Virus record (IMG/VR): IMGVR_UViG_3300029171_000041
Location: 1-27,213 of that record
DNA length: 27,213 nucleotides
Strand: one strand, 5' to 3'
Source of the DNA: a virus
Lineage: Duplodnaviria; Caudoviricetes
Shown here: positions 17,594 through 25,776 of the stretch, piece after piece
Layout: each line of letters starts with the position of its first letter
Numbering within the stretch: the stretch's first letter is position 1
Position numbers and translations under genes: made by a program
The notes under the pieces: model-generated
The model's input: only the letters and a program-made list of their open reading frames with translations
Database searches by the model: none
Told to the model about the DNA's origin: nothing

Positions 17594-19505
17594 AGCCAGA
17601 TTAGAGGAGCTGCGAAGGCTTAGAAGCCAATCCGCTCCCTCTAGTGCCAGAGCCAGATTGGATGAGCTTCGCGCCAAGAAAACTGGCGAAACTCCTGCCT
17701 CGTCAGGCGGTGGGTTTTGGGGTTCTGCTCCGGTAAGCGTTGTTGCCGGTCTTCTGGATTTTCCAGTAGGGCTTGCTCAATCCATCTTGAAAGGGCCGAG
17801 TTATGCTACAGAAAGCCGTGGCCCTGACTTGGGATTCAATCCAGATGATTTTGTTGATCCAAGAGGCGCTATCGCTGACAGGGCATCGGGTGCATTGGAT
17901 AGCGCGATACAGGGCGTTAATCAGCGCATAGATACGGCAAGAGGGGATGGTTTTAATCTTCCTCGAACTGCGGGACGTATTGCGGCTGCATTGGGCGGCA
18001 CCCGAAGAATACCTATTCCGACAACTCTTGGCGGGAAAGTTCAGCAAGGCGCTGTTCTTGGTTCTGTCTTTGGCGGATTGACTCCAACAACTACGGATGA
18101 TCCTAACGAGAGAATGCGTAACGTGCTTCTTGAGGGGTCTATAGGCGCTGCCATACCGGGCGGGATTGCTGGCGCACAAGGAGCCGCAACTGCTGTCAGG
18201 GGAGTCTATAACGCAGGCAGGAACACGATTGGCGATATATTGCCGGGTGGCCTTAATCGCGCAAAGGATCGGTTTGTGCGTGAATTGTTTGGCGATGATA
18301 TTCCAGCAGTTCAGCGGTCATTGGAAGGGCGGGTTGATCCTCTGATGATGGGACACCAAGCAGCATCTAGAAGCGGATCAACAGAGCAAGCGGCTTTAGG
18401 GAATCTCTCTCGAAATCGATTGCCGACTCCATTTTTGGAGCGGTTGAATGCTCAGAGAACAAGAACATCCCAAGACATAGACCAGATTGGTGGTTCAACG
18501 GGACAATACGCCGCCGCTCAGAGAGCCAGATCAGGCAATGCCTCAAGTCTCTATCCTTTGGCAGAGGCTACCCCTGTATCCAGAAATCGTCAACTCAAAG
18601 GTATTTTGAAGGACATTCAGGGATTCTTGCCTGCTGCTATCAGCCATGCGGATGATTTGGCTGAAGTAAATAAACTTCCGATGACGGGCGGGAAACAAGC
18701 AGCTCCTGCATCCATCGATGAATGGTTTGCCTCGTTGGAACAACCAGAAGTAAAGAAAGAAATAGCCGATGAAGCCCTCACCAAGTATTTGCAATGGATT
18801 AAGTTCGGCATAGATAAAGAAATTGCCAAAACAGGGGATTTAGCCCTTTCAAAAGTGGAACGGGATGCGGCAAGAGATTTGCAGACCAAATTGGTTGGAT
18901 GGCTTGAGAATCAAAATGCTGCCTATAAAGAGGCAATCGAGACGTACAGGGCAGATTCAATCCCTGTTAATAGAGGTGCTGTTGGCAATTCAATACGTCA
19001 AGCGTTATCCAGCTCTACGGGGCCAAGGGGTTCTGTTCGCACATTTGATAACGCTGTAAAGCAGGCGCTCAAAGATTTGAAAAAGCAATCGGGTAGCAAA
19101 CAAACACTGGCTGGTGTTCTCACTCCTGAAGGGCTTGCTGCATCTGGAAGGGTGCGCGGCACATTGGACAATGATGCGATTATCAAAGAAATGGCGTCCA
19201 GTGGTGGACAAAGAATGAACAGTCTTGCTAATGAAATTGGCGATGTGAAGTCACCTGGCTGGTTTAACCGCGCCACGACGTTAATCAAAAACGTGATGAG
19301 CGAAGCGGGTTCAGTACGCAAAGATGAAGTGTTGGATATGATAGCAAAGGCGAATATCGAAGGGCCTCAAGCATTGCGAGCGATCATACCGGACATGACT
19401 ACATCGCAAGCAGAACAGTTGCACAATTTCCTGAAAACATCGCCTCAAGTACAGCAGTTGCTTAGGACTGCGCCGCCTATTATGGCTCAAGAAGGAGCAA
19501 ACTAA
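17583..19505 (+). CDS. Putative large ejection/DNA transfer protein
   Basis: GGAG RBS; 640 aa Ala/Gly-rich with glycine-zipper-like hydrophobic stretches (GAVLGSVFGGL, GSIGAAIPGGIAG); between ejection genes and fibre. Confidence 0.6.
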   Translation: MADRARLEELRRLRSQSAPSSARARLDELRAKKTGETPASSGGGFWGSAPVSVVAGLLDFPVGLAQSILKGPSYATESRGPDLGFNPDDFVDPRGAIADRASGALDSAIQGVNQRIDTARGDGFNLPRTAGRIAAALGGTRRIPIPTTLGGKVQQGAVLGSVFGGLTPTTTDDPNERMRNVLLEGSIGAAIPGGIAGAQGAATAVRGVYNAGRNTIGDILPGGLNRAKDRFVRELFGDDIPAVQRSLEGRVDPLMMGHQAASRSGSTEQAALGNLSRNRLPTPFLERLNAQRTRTSQDIDQIGGSTGQYAAAQRARSGNASSLYPLAEATPVSRNRQLKGILKDIQGFLPAAISHADDLAEVNKLPMTGGKQAAPASIDEWFASLEQPEVKKEIADEALTKYLQWIKFGIDKEIAKTGDLALSKVERDAARDLQTKLVGWLENQNAAYKEAIETYRADSIPVNRGAVGNSIRQALSSSTGPRGSVRTFDNAVKQALKDLKKQSGSKQTLAGVLTPEGLAASGRVRGTLDNDAIIKEMASSGGQRMNSLANEIGDVKSPGWFNRATTLIKNVMSEAGSVRKDEVLDMIAKANIEGPQALRAIIPDMTTSQAEQLHNFLKTSPQVQQLLRTAPPIMAQEGAN

Positions 19506-21010
19506 TGTCAAGAAACGGCTCAGGCACCTACACTCTCCCTAGCGGAAATCCTGTTGTCACAGGCACGACCATATCCTCCACTGTTCACAATAACACGATG
19601 AGTGATATTGCTTCGGAGATGACTGCTTCGGTGGCGAAGGATGGGCAGACGGTTATCACTGGCACGATTGACCACAATGGCACCAAGATCATTCTGGACG
19701 TTGATGCGGATACCTCGATAACTGCGGATACCGATGACGTTATCGACTTTGAGATTAACGGCGTTGATGCGATCAAGTTTGGCTGGCAGTCGGTTGCTGA
19801 TACAGGGTTTGTGAGTATTGACCCGAAAGCCTTTACAGCGGATGCCAATGAGAACACGCACAGGGTAGCTGTTCTTGCCTCGAATGCCGTGACGATTCCG
19901 GCAGGCACGACGGCGGTAGTTTCTGGCTTTTACATCATAGAGCCGAACATCACGGCGACTGGCACGGTCACTGCGGCGACCACGATGTACATCAAGAATG
20001 CGCCGACAGAGGGTGCTTCTAACTATGCGCTTTGGGTTGACGATGGGGCGGTTCGGTTTGATGGTGCGGTAGCAACAGGTGCACTGACTGTTACAGGAGC
20101 CATCTTACCCGCCTCGAATGACGGTGGTGCTATTGGTGTTTCTGGCACAGCCTTCTCCGACCTGTTCCTAGCCTCAGGCGGTGTAATCAACTGGAATGCT
20201 GGAAACTACACGCTGACTCATTCTGCAGGCGTTCTAACAGCGAGCGGGGCTTTCACGTCTTTAGGCGCAGTAGGTGTAGGAGCGGCAGCTACAGACGGCA
20301 CTCTGCATGTAATCGAAGGTTCCGCCGGGGCTGTCACTGCATCTGCATCAGGAAACATAGCCGTATTTGAAGCTGCATCCGAAAGCGGTATCTCAGTGCT
20401 TGGCCCTGACGCAAGCGCCATGTACATAATGTTCGGAACTCCTTCTAACAATGCGTGGGCATTGTTACAGACAAATTACAACAGCGGCAATTTTGACATG
20501 ATTACCACCAAGGTCGGTGGAGTCATATCGTTTAAGCCAAATAACCAAGTAACCAACCTCACCCTCTCCGGTGCCAGCGGTAGCCAGTTAGCAGCATTCT
20601 CAGGGGATGTCACCCTCTCCGAAGGCAAGCTGAGCATTACGGATACGGCGAATGAGGTTGCGCTGGCATTAACAAGTTCGGCTACTACTGCAAATGCAAT
20701 AACCATAACGGCAGATGCTTTGACCACTGGTAGCGCTCTGAGCATATCAAACACCTCTGGCAACACGACTGCGAAATATCTGCTGAATGTCACACACTCC
20801 GCAGGAGGCTCTTCTAACGCTGTTCCTGCGAGATTCTACACTGGAAGTGCAGGCCCCATCCTTGAACTTGAGCAAGACGGCGGCGCAGGTGGTGCAATCA
20901 ACTTTGTAGGCGCTAACCTCTTTGCGGCCACGGCTGGTGCAGAAGAAGGTACAATCCTGATTGAGATTGCGGGTGTGGCTAAAGTCATTAAATACTTCGC
21001 GGTGGCATAA
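19505..21010 (+). CDS. Tail fibre/spike protein
   Basis: N-terminal anchor MSRNGSGTYTLPSGNPVVTGTTISS; DADTSITADTDD and ILPASNDGGAIG..FSDLFL fibre motifs; G/A/T/S-rich beta composition. Confidence 0.8.
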   Translation: MSRNGSGTYTLPSGNPVVTGTTISSTVHNNTMSDIASEMTASVAKDGQTVITGTIDHNGTKIILDVDADTSITADTDDVIDFEINGVDAIKFGWQSVADTGFVSIDPKAFTADANENTHRVAVLASNAVTIPAGTTAVVSGFYIIEPNITATGTVTAATTMYIKNAPTEGASNYALWVDDGAVRFDGAVATGALTVTGAILPASNDGGAIGVSGTAFSDLFLASGGVINWNAGNYTLTHSAGVLTASGAFTSLGAVGVGAAATDGTLHVIEGSAGAVTASASGNIAVFEAASESGISVLGPDASAMYIMFGTPSNNAWALLQTNYNSGNFDMITTKVGGVISFKPNNQVTNLTLSGASGSQLAAFSGDVTLSEGKLSITDTANEVALALTSSATTANAITITADALTTGSALSISNTSGNTTAKYLLNVTHSAGGSSNAVPARFYTGSAGPILELEQDGGAGGAINFVGANLFAATAGAEEGTILIEIAGVAKVIKYFAVA

Positions 21011-21180
21011 TGCAGATTGAACTTTCAGACGATGCTTTCAGGCTTATCAAAGAAGTCTTTTTCGAGACCACGATTCTGGCAAAGCACGCAAAGGCTTATG
21101 CTTTTGTGCAAGCTGAATTGATGGCAGCGGAGCAGAAGGCTAAGAATCCACCAAAGTCTGGAGACACTAGCTTTGACTAA
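21010..21180 (+). CDS. Small helical protein (56 aa, not in ORF track); possible fibre assembly chaperone
   Basis: TAATG coupling to fibre stop; MQIELSDDAFRLIKEVFFETTILAKHAKAYAFVQAELMAAEQKAKNPPKSGDTSFD; exactly fills the gap. Confidence 0.7.
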   Translation: MQIELSDDAFRLIKEVFFETTILAKHAKAYAFVQAELMAAEQKAKNPPKSGDTSFD

Positions 21181-21577
21181 GCTAGCCTATACGCTTGAAG
21201 CGATTCACAGGGCCACGAATGGCAGCTTAGAGGCGCATCCAAGTTTCATATCGGCAGGGCTTGGGGCTATTCTGGACAATACCAATGGCTGCGGTGCAGA
21301 GGGTGCCAAGTTTGACTTTGTGCCTGATACCATCTGGGGATTGCCTATCATGCCCGCCTGCATTATTCACGACTGGGACTATCACACTGGGCGGACGAAG
21401 CACGATAAGAGACGGGCAGACGTGCGCTTTCTGGTCAACATGGTACTTCTGATTCTTGACGGATCCAATTGGGTAACAACGATTCTCAGGACTGAGCGCG
21501 CGGTGAAGTACTTTCTGGCGGTGACTATCAAGGGCGATGAAGCCTACTGGAGCGGAAAAGATGAAACGAATACTTAG
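21173..21577 (+). CDS. Phospholipase A2-motif protein (PLA2/DUF1353-like)
   Basis: NGCG Ca-loop-like motif, CIIHDWDY matching CxxHDxxY, downstream ADVRF helix; TTG start with GGAG upstream. Confidence 0.65.
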   Translation: MTKLAYTLEAIHRATNGSLEAHPSFISAGLGAILDNTNGCGAEGAKFDFVPDTIWGLPIMPACIIHDWDYHTGRTKHDKRRADVRFLVNMVLLILDGSNWVTTILRTERAVKYFLAVTIKGDEAYWSGKDETNT

Positions 21578-21773
21578 TGCTTGCTGCATGTCCTTGCTTG
21601 CCTCATGCAGCTCCATAGACGTGAATACGATACTGGAAGGCTCTAGCCATGCTTGTGGCGCCATTCACCTTGAGGGCTACTTTACGGACTCACAGGGGCA
21701 GGTGACGATAGTGAAGGCCCCGGCAGACTGGACTCCTGAGCAGGTGCTTGAATTCTGTGCTCAGGGTAGCTAG
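21561..21773 (+). CDS. Small lipoprotein (70 aa)
   Basis: GGAG RBS, ATG 21561; MKRILSACCMSLLAS-C with LASC lipobox; Ser at +2 suggests outer-membrane sorting; two further Cys. Confidence 0.75.
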   Translation: MKRILSACCMSLLASCSSIDVNTILEGSSHACGAIHLEGYFTDSQGQVTIVKAPADWTPEQVLEFCAQGS

Positions 21774-22366
21774 ACGTTAGTGATTAAGTCGTTGCAATAG
21801 CCCAATATCTTTTTGACGTAGGTCATTGTTTCGTTAGAGTGCTTCGGGCCGGTTACGCTCGGCAATTCCTTGATGATTTCAGCGTAAAGATTAGGATTTC
21901 CGGCTTTCTTCTGTGCTGCTAACACGTTTCCCAATCCGCTATTGAAGCTTGCCATTGCGAGACAGTGGCGGTCTATATCCGGTCTAGGGGCTTTCCACTG
22001 CTTGATAAGGTGCGCCATGTAAGCCGCGCCGACCATGATTGAAGCTTCTGGGTCGAATCTATCGGCTTCAGGATAACCCGCCTTTGGTGCCCATTCCTTC
22101 CACGTAGGGGCCATAAATTGCGCTATCCCTCCCGCGCCGGCAGGTGATACTGCCTTTGGATTCAGCTTTGATTCTTGGTATAGCTGACTTTTCAGTAAAC
22201 GCCAATCATAACCAGGGAGATGTGTTTCCACGGCTTTCTTGATGATATGGTCATATTCAGTTTTCAAGGGTTTTGCTCCGAATTCGCGCACGACGTAGGG
22301 GGTGTGGCTTGTCTCGCTTGTCGCTGTTATCAGGACTAGCCATAGCACAATTGCCCAATGGTACAT
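21770..22366 (-). CDS. Lytic transglycosylase (SLT domain, MltF-like) with N-terminal hydrophobic signal
   Basis: DWRLL..QLYQES catalytic Glu, GIAQFM, ASFNSGLGNV, ETMTYVKKI; GGAGG RBS; WAIVLWLVLITA N-terminus. Confidence 0.92.
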   Translation of the reverse strand: MYHWAIVLWLVLITATSETSHTPYVVREFGAKPLKTEYDHIIKKAVETHLPGYDWRLLKSQLYQESKLNPKAVSPAGAGGIAQFMAPTWKEWAPKAGYPEADRFDPEASIMVGAAYMAHLIKQWKAPRPDIDRHCLAMASFNSGLGNVLAAQKKAGNPNLYAEIIKELPSVTGPKHSNETMTYVKKILGYCNDLITNV

Positions 22367-22670
22367 TATAAACCTCCCGAATGAAGTCTATCGCCTTGCC
22401 AGATTTGACCATTTTTGAGTCGAATCGGTAAACAAACCAACCGAGTTTCGCAGCCATGTTGTACTTCTCGCAATCGCCTGAAAAGCCCGTGCCAGTGGTG
22501 TGTCGAGACTTCTTCTTGTAGGTGCCTCCCTCTACCTCTACGGCAATCTTGCGCGGAACATCGGCAAAGTCAAACCGCCATTTCCGCTTGCAGAAGCGGT
22601 ATTCAGTCTCCATTTTGAGCTTGTAAGCCTTCAGTTGCATCGAAAATTGCTGTTCTAGGGCGCTTTGCAT
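22257..22670 (-). CDS. Vsr/DUF559-like PD-(D/E)xK endonuclease
   Basis: EYRF..RKWRFDFA..KIAVEVEGG..RH..G...DCEKYN.A..LGWFVYRF; 3' end overlaps the SLT gene by 110 nt. Confidence 0.8.
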   Translation of the reverse strand: MQSALEQQFSMQLKAYKLKMETEYRFCKRKWRFDFADVPRKIAVEVEGGTYKKKSRHTTGTGFSGDCEKYNMAAKLGWFVYRFDSKMVKSGKAIDFIREVYNVPLGNCAMASPDNSDKRDKPHPLRRARIRSKTLEN

Positions 22671-22864
22671 GGGCTTTTGTTAGTCGGATGCGCCTTTGTG
22701 ATAGTGATTCTTTTTTTGCTGTATAGGCAGTCGTTGCCTTCTGCCCAGTTCATCACATCTTCTAAAGTGGATTCAGGGCCAAATACTACTGTTTCCTGCC
22801 ACATTTCTCCCACTGATTCATTTCCAGCGGACATATCCTTTATAACAACATATAAGCCACTCAT
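22655..22864 (-). CDS. Hypothetical protein
   Basis: ATGA overlap with the matrixin stop gives start 22864 (MSGLYVV); 69 aa. Confidence 0.6.
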   Translation of the reverse strand: MSGLYVVIKDMSAGNESVGEMWQETVVFGPESTLEDVMNWAEGNDCLYSKKRITITKAHPTNKSPCKAP

Positions 22865-23586
22865 CTCATCGCCTCTCTGCATTCAGTTATCGTTAGATTT
22901 CGCTCAGTTTTCCAGTCCCATCCCCAAGGGATAATCACGTCAAGGCATTCATCGTCATATTCGATATTCTTCACTGAGATATTGCCCATAGTATCCATGC
23001 TCCTGCAACGTCCGTATAGCTCGCAGGCGGCAAGGTAATCGTCAACGTGTAGTGTGGGCCTATTGGGGATGATGTAGTGCATAATCGCCTCTGGAATCTC
23101 TGAATGGTTGATTCCAAGCCCGTGCGCAAACTCGTGTAGCATAACTTCCTCAACATTCCAAGCGCCCACATAAAAAGGGTGCAGTCTTATATCCACATCG
23201 ACCATCGCGCCATCAATGAAATAGGACCGCGCAGAGGCGATAATCGTGAATGACTTATCGGTGAGGTAATCGACTGAAACTTGGATTCCAGGTGGCAGCG
23301 CACTAATCTCAACTGGGTCTGTTTCGGAGCAGTACAGCGTGGATCTGCTATCGTACCCAACCGAGTCGTTTTTCCCCTTTTCGACTACGCCAACCACGTC
23401 CCACTTGTGCGCCGCTCGAATCCATAGCCCATCGGTCGGAAACGGGCATCCATCCATCACGTAGACCGGAAACGAGGATCCTTTCCATTTTCGATCGGCA
23501 ATCTCATACCCGTAGGCGTCGATAGCCATGCCAATCAGCATGACAATAATCAGCGCAGCGGTAGGCTTTTTCCAACCGTAGTCCAC
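22861..23586 (-). CDS. Secreted zinc metalloprotease, matrixin/M10 metzincin
   Basis: HEFAHGLGINHS = HExxHxxGxxH; Met-turn AIMH; DVDIRL strand; signal peptide KKPTAALIIVMLIGMAIDAYG. Confidence 0.88.
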   Translation of the reverse strand: MDYGWKKPTAALIIVMLIGMAIDAYGYEIADRKWKGSSFPVYVMDGCPFPTDGLWIRAAHKWDVVGVVEKGKNDSVGYDSRSTLYCSETDPVEISALPPGIQVSVDYLTDKSFTIIASARSYFIDGAMVDVDIRLHPFYVGAWNVEEVMLHEFAHGLGINHSEIPEAIMHYIIPNRPTLHVDDYLAACELYGRCRSMDTMGNISVKNIEYDDECLDVIIPWGWDWKTERNLTITECREAMR

Positions 23587-23882
23587 TATACAAGCCTCAA
23601 CTGTGGCGGCGACTTGTTGATGACAAGCCGATACTGGAACAGCCCTTCTGTGATATGCCGCTTGTTGATTGTGTGCGCCCCGAATCGCTCCTTGCGCAGG
23701 TGTCGAAGTTGGGCGCTGACTGATGCTTCAGGGTCGCCGGTGATTTCGGCAATGTGCTTCAGAGTGCGCCAGTTTCCATCCTTCATGCAGTGGAAAACGC
23801 GGTCTATCTGCTTCGACAATCTGGCATCATCGCGCAGCGGTTGGTAATCTGAACCATCAAACATGCGATTGTAGACTGTCAT
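23586..23882 (-). CDS. Winged-HTH DNA-binding protein
   Basis: MKDGNWRTLKHIAEITGDPEASVSAQLRHLRK followed by a beta wing; start revised to ATG 23882 by ATGA overlap. Confidence 0.7.
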   Translation of the reverse strand: MTVYNRMFDGSDYQPLRDDARLSKQIDRVFHCMKDGNWRTLKHIAEITGDPEASVSAQLRHLRKERFGAHTINKRHITEGLFQYRLVINKSPPQLRLV

Positions 23883-24031
23883 AAAAACACCATGATCAGG
23901 TTGATTGTCAATGATATCACTAGCGCAATCGCCAGAAGGTCGCGCTGAAGCCTTATCCACAGCGTGCGCTCAAACCAGTAATGCATGTTCTCACGGCTTT
24001 GCTGCAATGTCCTGCGGCTGACTTCGGTCAT
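23879..24031 (-). CDS. Small membrane protein (50 aa, not in ORF track)
   Basis: MTEVSRRTLQQSRENMHYWFERTLWIRLQRDLLAIALVISLTINLIMVFL; GGAG upstream; ATGA overlaps at both ends; C-terminal hydrophobic helix. Confidence 0.65.
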   Translation of the reverse strand: MTEVSRRTLQQSRENMHYWFERTLWIRLQRDLLAIALVISLTINLIMVFL

Positions 24032-24174
24032 ATCTCATCTTCTCCTATGTGAATGGGAAAATCGTCGTACATTGTGCGCAATTCGTAGGCAATCGGAGCA
24101 AGCCAGACTACCGTGTCCCAGGCCCCGCGCTTGTGGGCTAGAACCATCTCGCGCTGAATGTCGAATAGTGTCAT
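24028..24174 (-). CDS. Small hypothetical protein (48 aa, not in ORF track)
   Basis: MTLFDIQREMVLAHKRGAWDTVVWLAPIAYELRTMYDDFPIHIGEDEI; ATGA overlaps at both ends; GAGG upstream. Confidence 0.65.
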   Translation of the reverse strand: MTLFDIQREMVLAHKRGAWDTVVWLAPIAYELRTMYDDFPIHIGEDEI

Positions 24175-24410
24175 TTTATCGCCCCTCTGTTCTGCTCTGC
24201 GCTCAAAACTATCAAGTCAGCTACCGCCTCTGCTCCAAGCTCTGGAAGCCTAGCAAGGCAGTGATTGAAAGCACCGGCGCGTATCGATTGAGCCAAAGCA
24301 TTGACTCGATCAAGTGGCATGAAAGGCATCACTCGAATGTAATCGATGACTTCTTCAATTTCTCGCGCAAAGCTCAGCACGCGCTTGTATTCTTCCATCG
24401 TCTCACTCAC
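24171..24410 (-). CDS. Hypothetical protein
   Basis: AAGGAG RBS, GTGA overlap; helical 79 aa. Confidence 0.65.
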   Translation of the reverse strand: MSETMEEYKRVLSFAREIEEVIDYIRVMPFMPLDRVNALAQSIRAGAFNHCLARLPELGAEAVADLIVLSAEQNRGAIK

Positions 24411-24694
24411 AGTTCACTCTCCTTTGCGGATAGGGCGGCGCTAAATTTATCAATCATGCGAGCGTAGTGATTGATGCTTTCTTTGGTGTACTTGTTATTA
24501 CCGGCATATACATGCATTGCACGATATAAAATTAGAGTAGCTTCAGCATCTTCTCTGCTAACCCACACGCCAGACTTCTGCAACTCCAGCGCTGCGATGT
24601 TCTTCCGCAGCACGTCGATGAACTCAACGTCTGAAGCCTTCGCGTATTCGAGCATTGCCTTGTTTTCTTCGATCAGTGCGTCAATCATCAGCAC
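24407..24694 (-). CDS. Hypothetical protein
   Basis: GGAG RBS; coupled within the minus-strand ORF chain. Confidence 0.65.
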   Translation of the reverse strand: MLMIDALIEENKAMLEYAKASDVEFIDVLRKNIAALELQKSGVWVSREDAEATLILYRAMHVYAGNNKYTKESINHYARMIDKFSAALSAKESEL

Positions 24695-24897
24695 TTCTCC
24701 TGAGCAAGCATTGCTAATAATTCAGAGCCGCACTTAATTTCAGACATCCTAGAGGTCGCTATATCACTGTGTTTCCAGCAATACGTGATAACTGCTTTGT
24801 TCCCGTCAGCGTAACCACTACAACTGCAATATGGGGATAAATACAAACCAACCTTTATAACTCCCTCTATCGGAGCCAATGCACCTTTATCACTCAT
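24688..24897 (-). CDS. Hypothetical protein with CxC...CxxH (possible Zn site)
   Basis: AGGAG RBS supports ATG 24897 (MSDKGAL); YCSCSG...YCWKH. Confidence 0.55.
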   Translation of the reverse strand: MSDKGALAPIEGVIKVGLYLSPYCSCSGYADGNKAVITYCWKHSDIATSRMSEIKCGSELLAMLAQEKC

Positions 24898-25093
24898 TGC
24901 CTTCTCCTGTGTTCTCAATACCCGCCTTTTCAAAGACGGATTTCCTGAATTCATCGCACATGCGCTCTAGCGTTCGCTTGTCTAAATCCCGCAGCGGAAT
25001 TGACCGAGGGAATCCGTTTAGTTGTTTGTCAGTCGTATCAACGTAGTTCGGCACCACAAACGGTTTTATCTCAACAATAAACGCGGCTTTCAT
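24890..25093 (-). CDS. Hypothetical protein
   Basis: ATGA overlap with DUF551 stop gives start 25093 (MKAAFIVE); PFVVPNYV..SIPLRDLDKRTLERMCDEFRKSVFEKAG. Confidence 0.65.
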   Translation of the reverse strand: MKAAFIVEIKPFVVPNYVDTTDKQLNGFPRSIPLRDLDKRTLERMCDEFRKSVFEKAGIENTGEGNE

Positions 25094-25410
25094 TGCGTGT
25101 CCTTTGGCGGCTCTGGCAGCGGCATCCAGTGGGTTACTCCGCACGAATCGCCGTCTCCTACAATCCATACATGCCCATCGCTATCTGCCACTGCGTCAAA
25201 GAAACCCATGTTTACTATCGTGTCGTCGGTGGTGTTCTCGCTGACCAAGTACCACTCATGAGCATCCGGCAATCTCTCACTCACCGGAATCCACCTTGCC
25301 TGACTCTCAAGCTCTTGGATGCGGGATAGTGCCCTCTCCAAAAGCTTGTTGTGTTCGGATTTATAGCGGTGGTGTAAGTACCCTAAAATCTCATTATTCA
25401 ATTCGCTCAT
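25090..25410 (-). CDS. DUF551 domain protein
   Basis: RWIPVSERLP ... VTHWMPLPEPPK signature. Confidence 0.88.
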   Translation of the reverse strand: MSELNNEILGYLHHRYKSEHNKLLERALSRIQELESQARWIPVSERLPDAHEWYLVSENTTDDTIVNMGFFDAVADSDGHVWIVGDGDSCGVTHWMPLPEPPKDTQ

Positions 25411-25760
25411 GGGATTAACTCCTTACGCAAATCCTCAATCTTTTCTTGGATTTCTTCCTTGTATAATCCAAGTTCAAATAGAACCATTTCGAGTTCACGT
25501 AGCTTCTCAAGAACAGGGGACGCAAATTTATAGCACATGGATTTCTTCACATTATCTATGACATAAGTCAGAGCCTTTGGGTCATCGTTGGCAATGACGG
25601 CTATCTGGCGCAAGGAAAAACCAAGGGTATACACTCTTGCCCACCTGGGGGCTCTTATCTCGGTAATCTCTGGCTTTATGGAAAAGTTCAAACACGAAAG
25701 AGTTGGTTCTCTTCTTTCTCCCGTATCCTCTGCTCTTATAAGGTCGTATAGCTTTCTCAT
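25407..25760 (-). CDS. Hypothetical protein
   Basis: AGGTGA RBS supports ATG 25760 (MRKLYDL); ATGA overlap downstream. Confidence 0.6.
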   Translation of the reverse strand: MRKLYDLIRAEDTGERREPTLSCLNFSIKPEITEIRAPRWARVYTLGFSLRQIAVIANDDPKALTYVIDNVKKSMCYKFASPVLEKLRELEMVLFELGLYKEEIQEKIEDLRKELIP

Positions 25761-25776
25761 AAAATCACCTAGTAGT

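Noticed and set aside
19505-21010. Diversity-generating retroelement or invertible fibre cassette
   Set aside because: No reverse transcriptase, invertase or template/variable repeat pair noticed in the window.
21173-21773. Canonical Rz/Rz1 spanin pair
   Set aside because: The upstream gene lacks an N-terminal TM and coiled coil and has enzyme-like motifs; the lipoprotein is not Pro-rich. Only the overlap geometry is similar.
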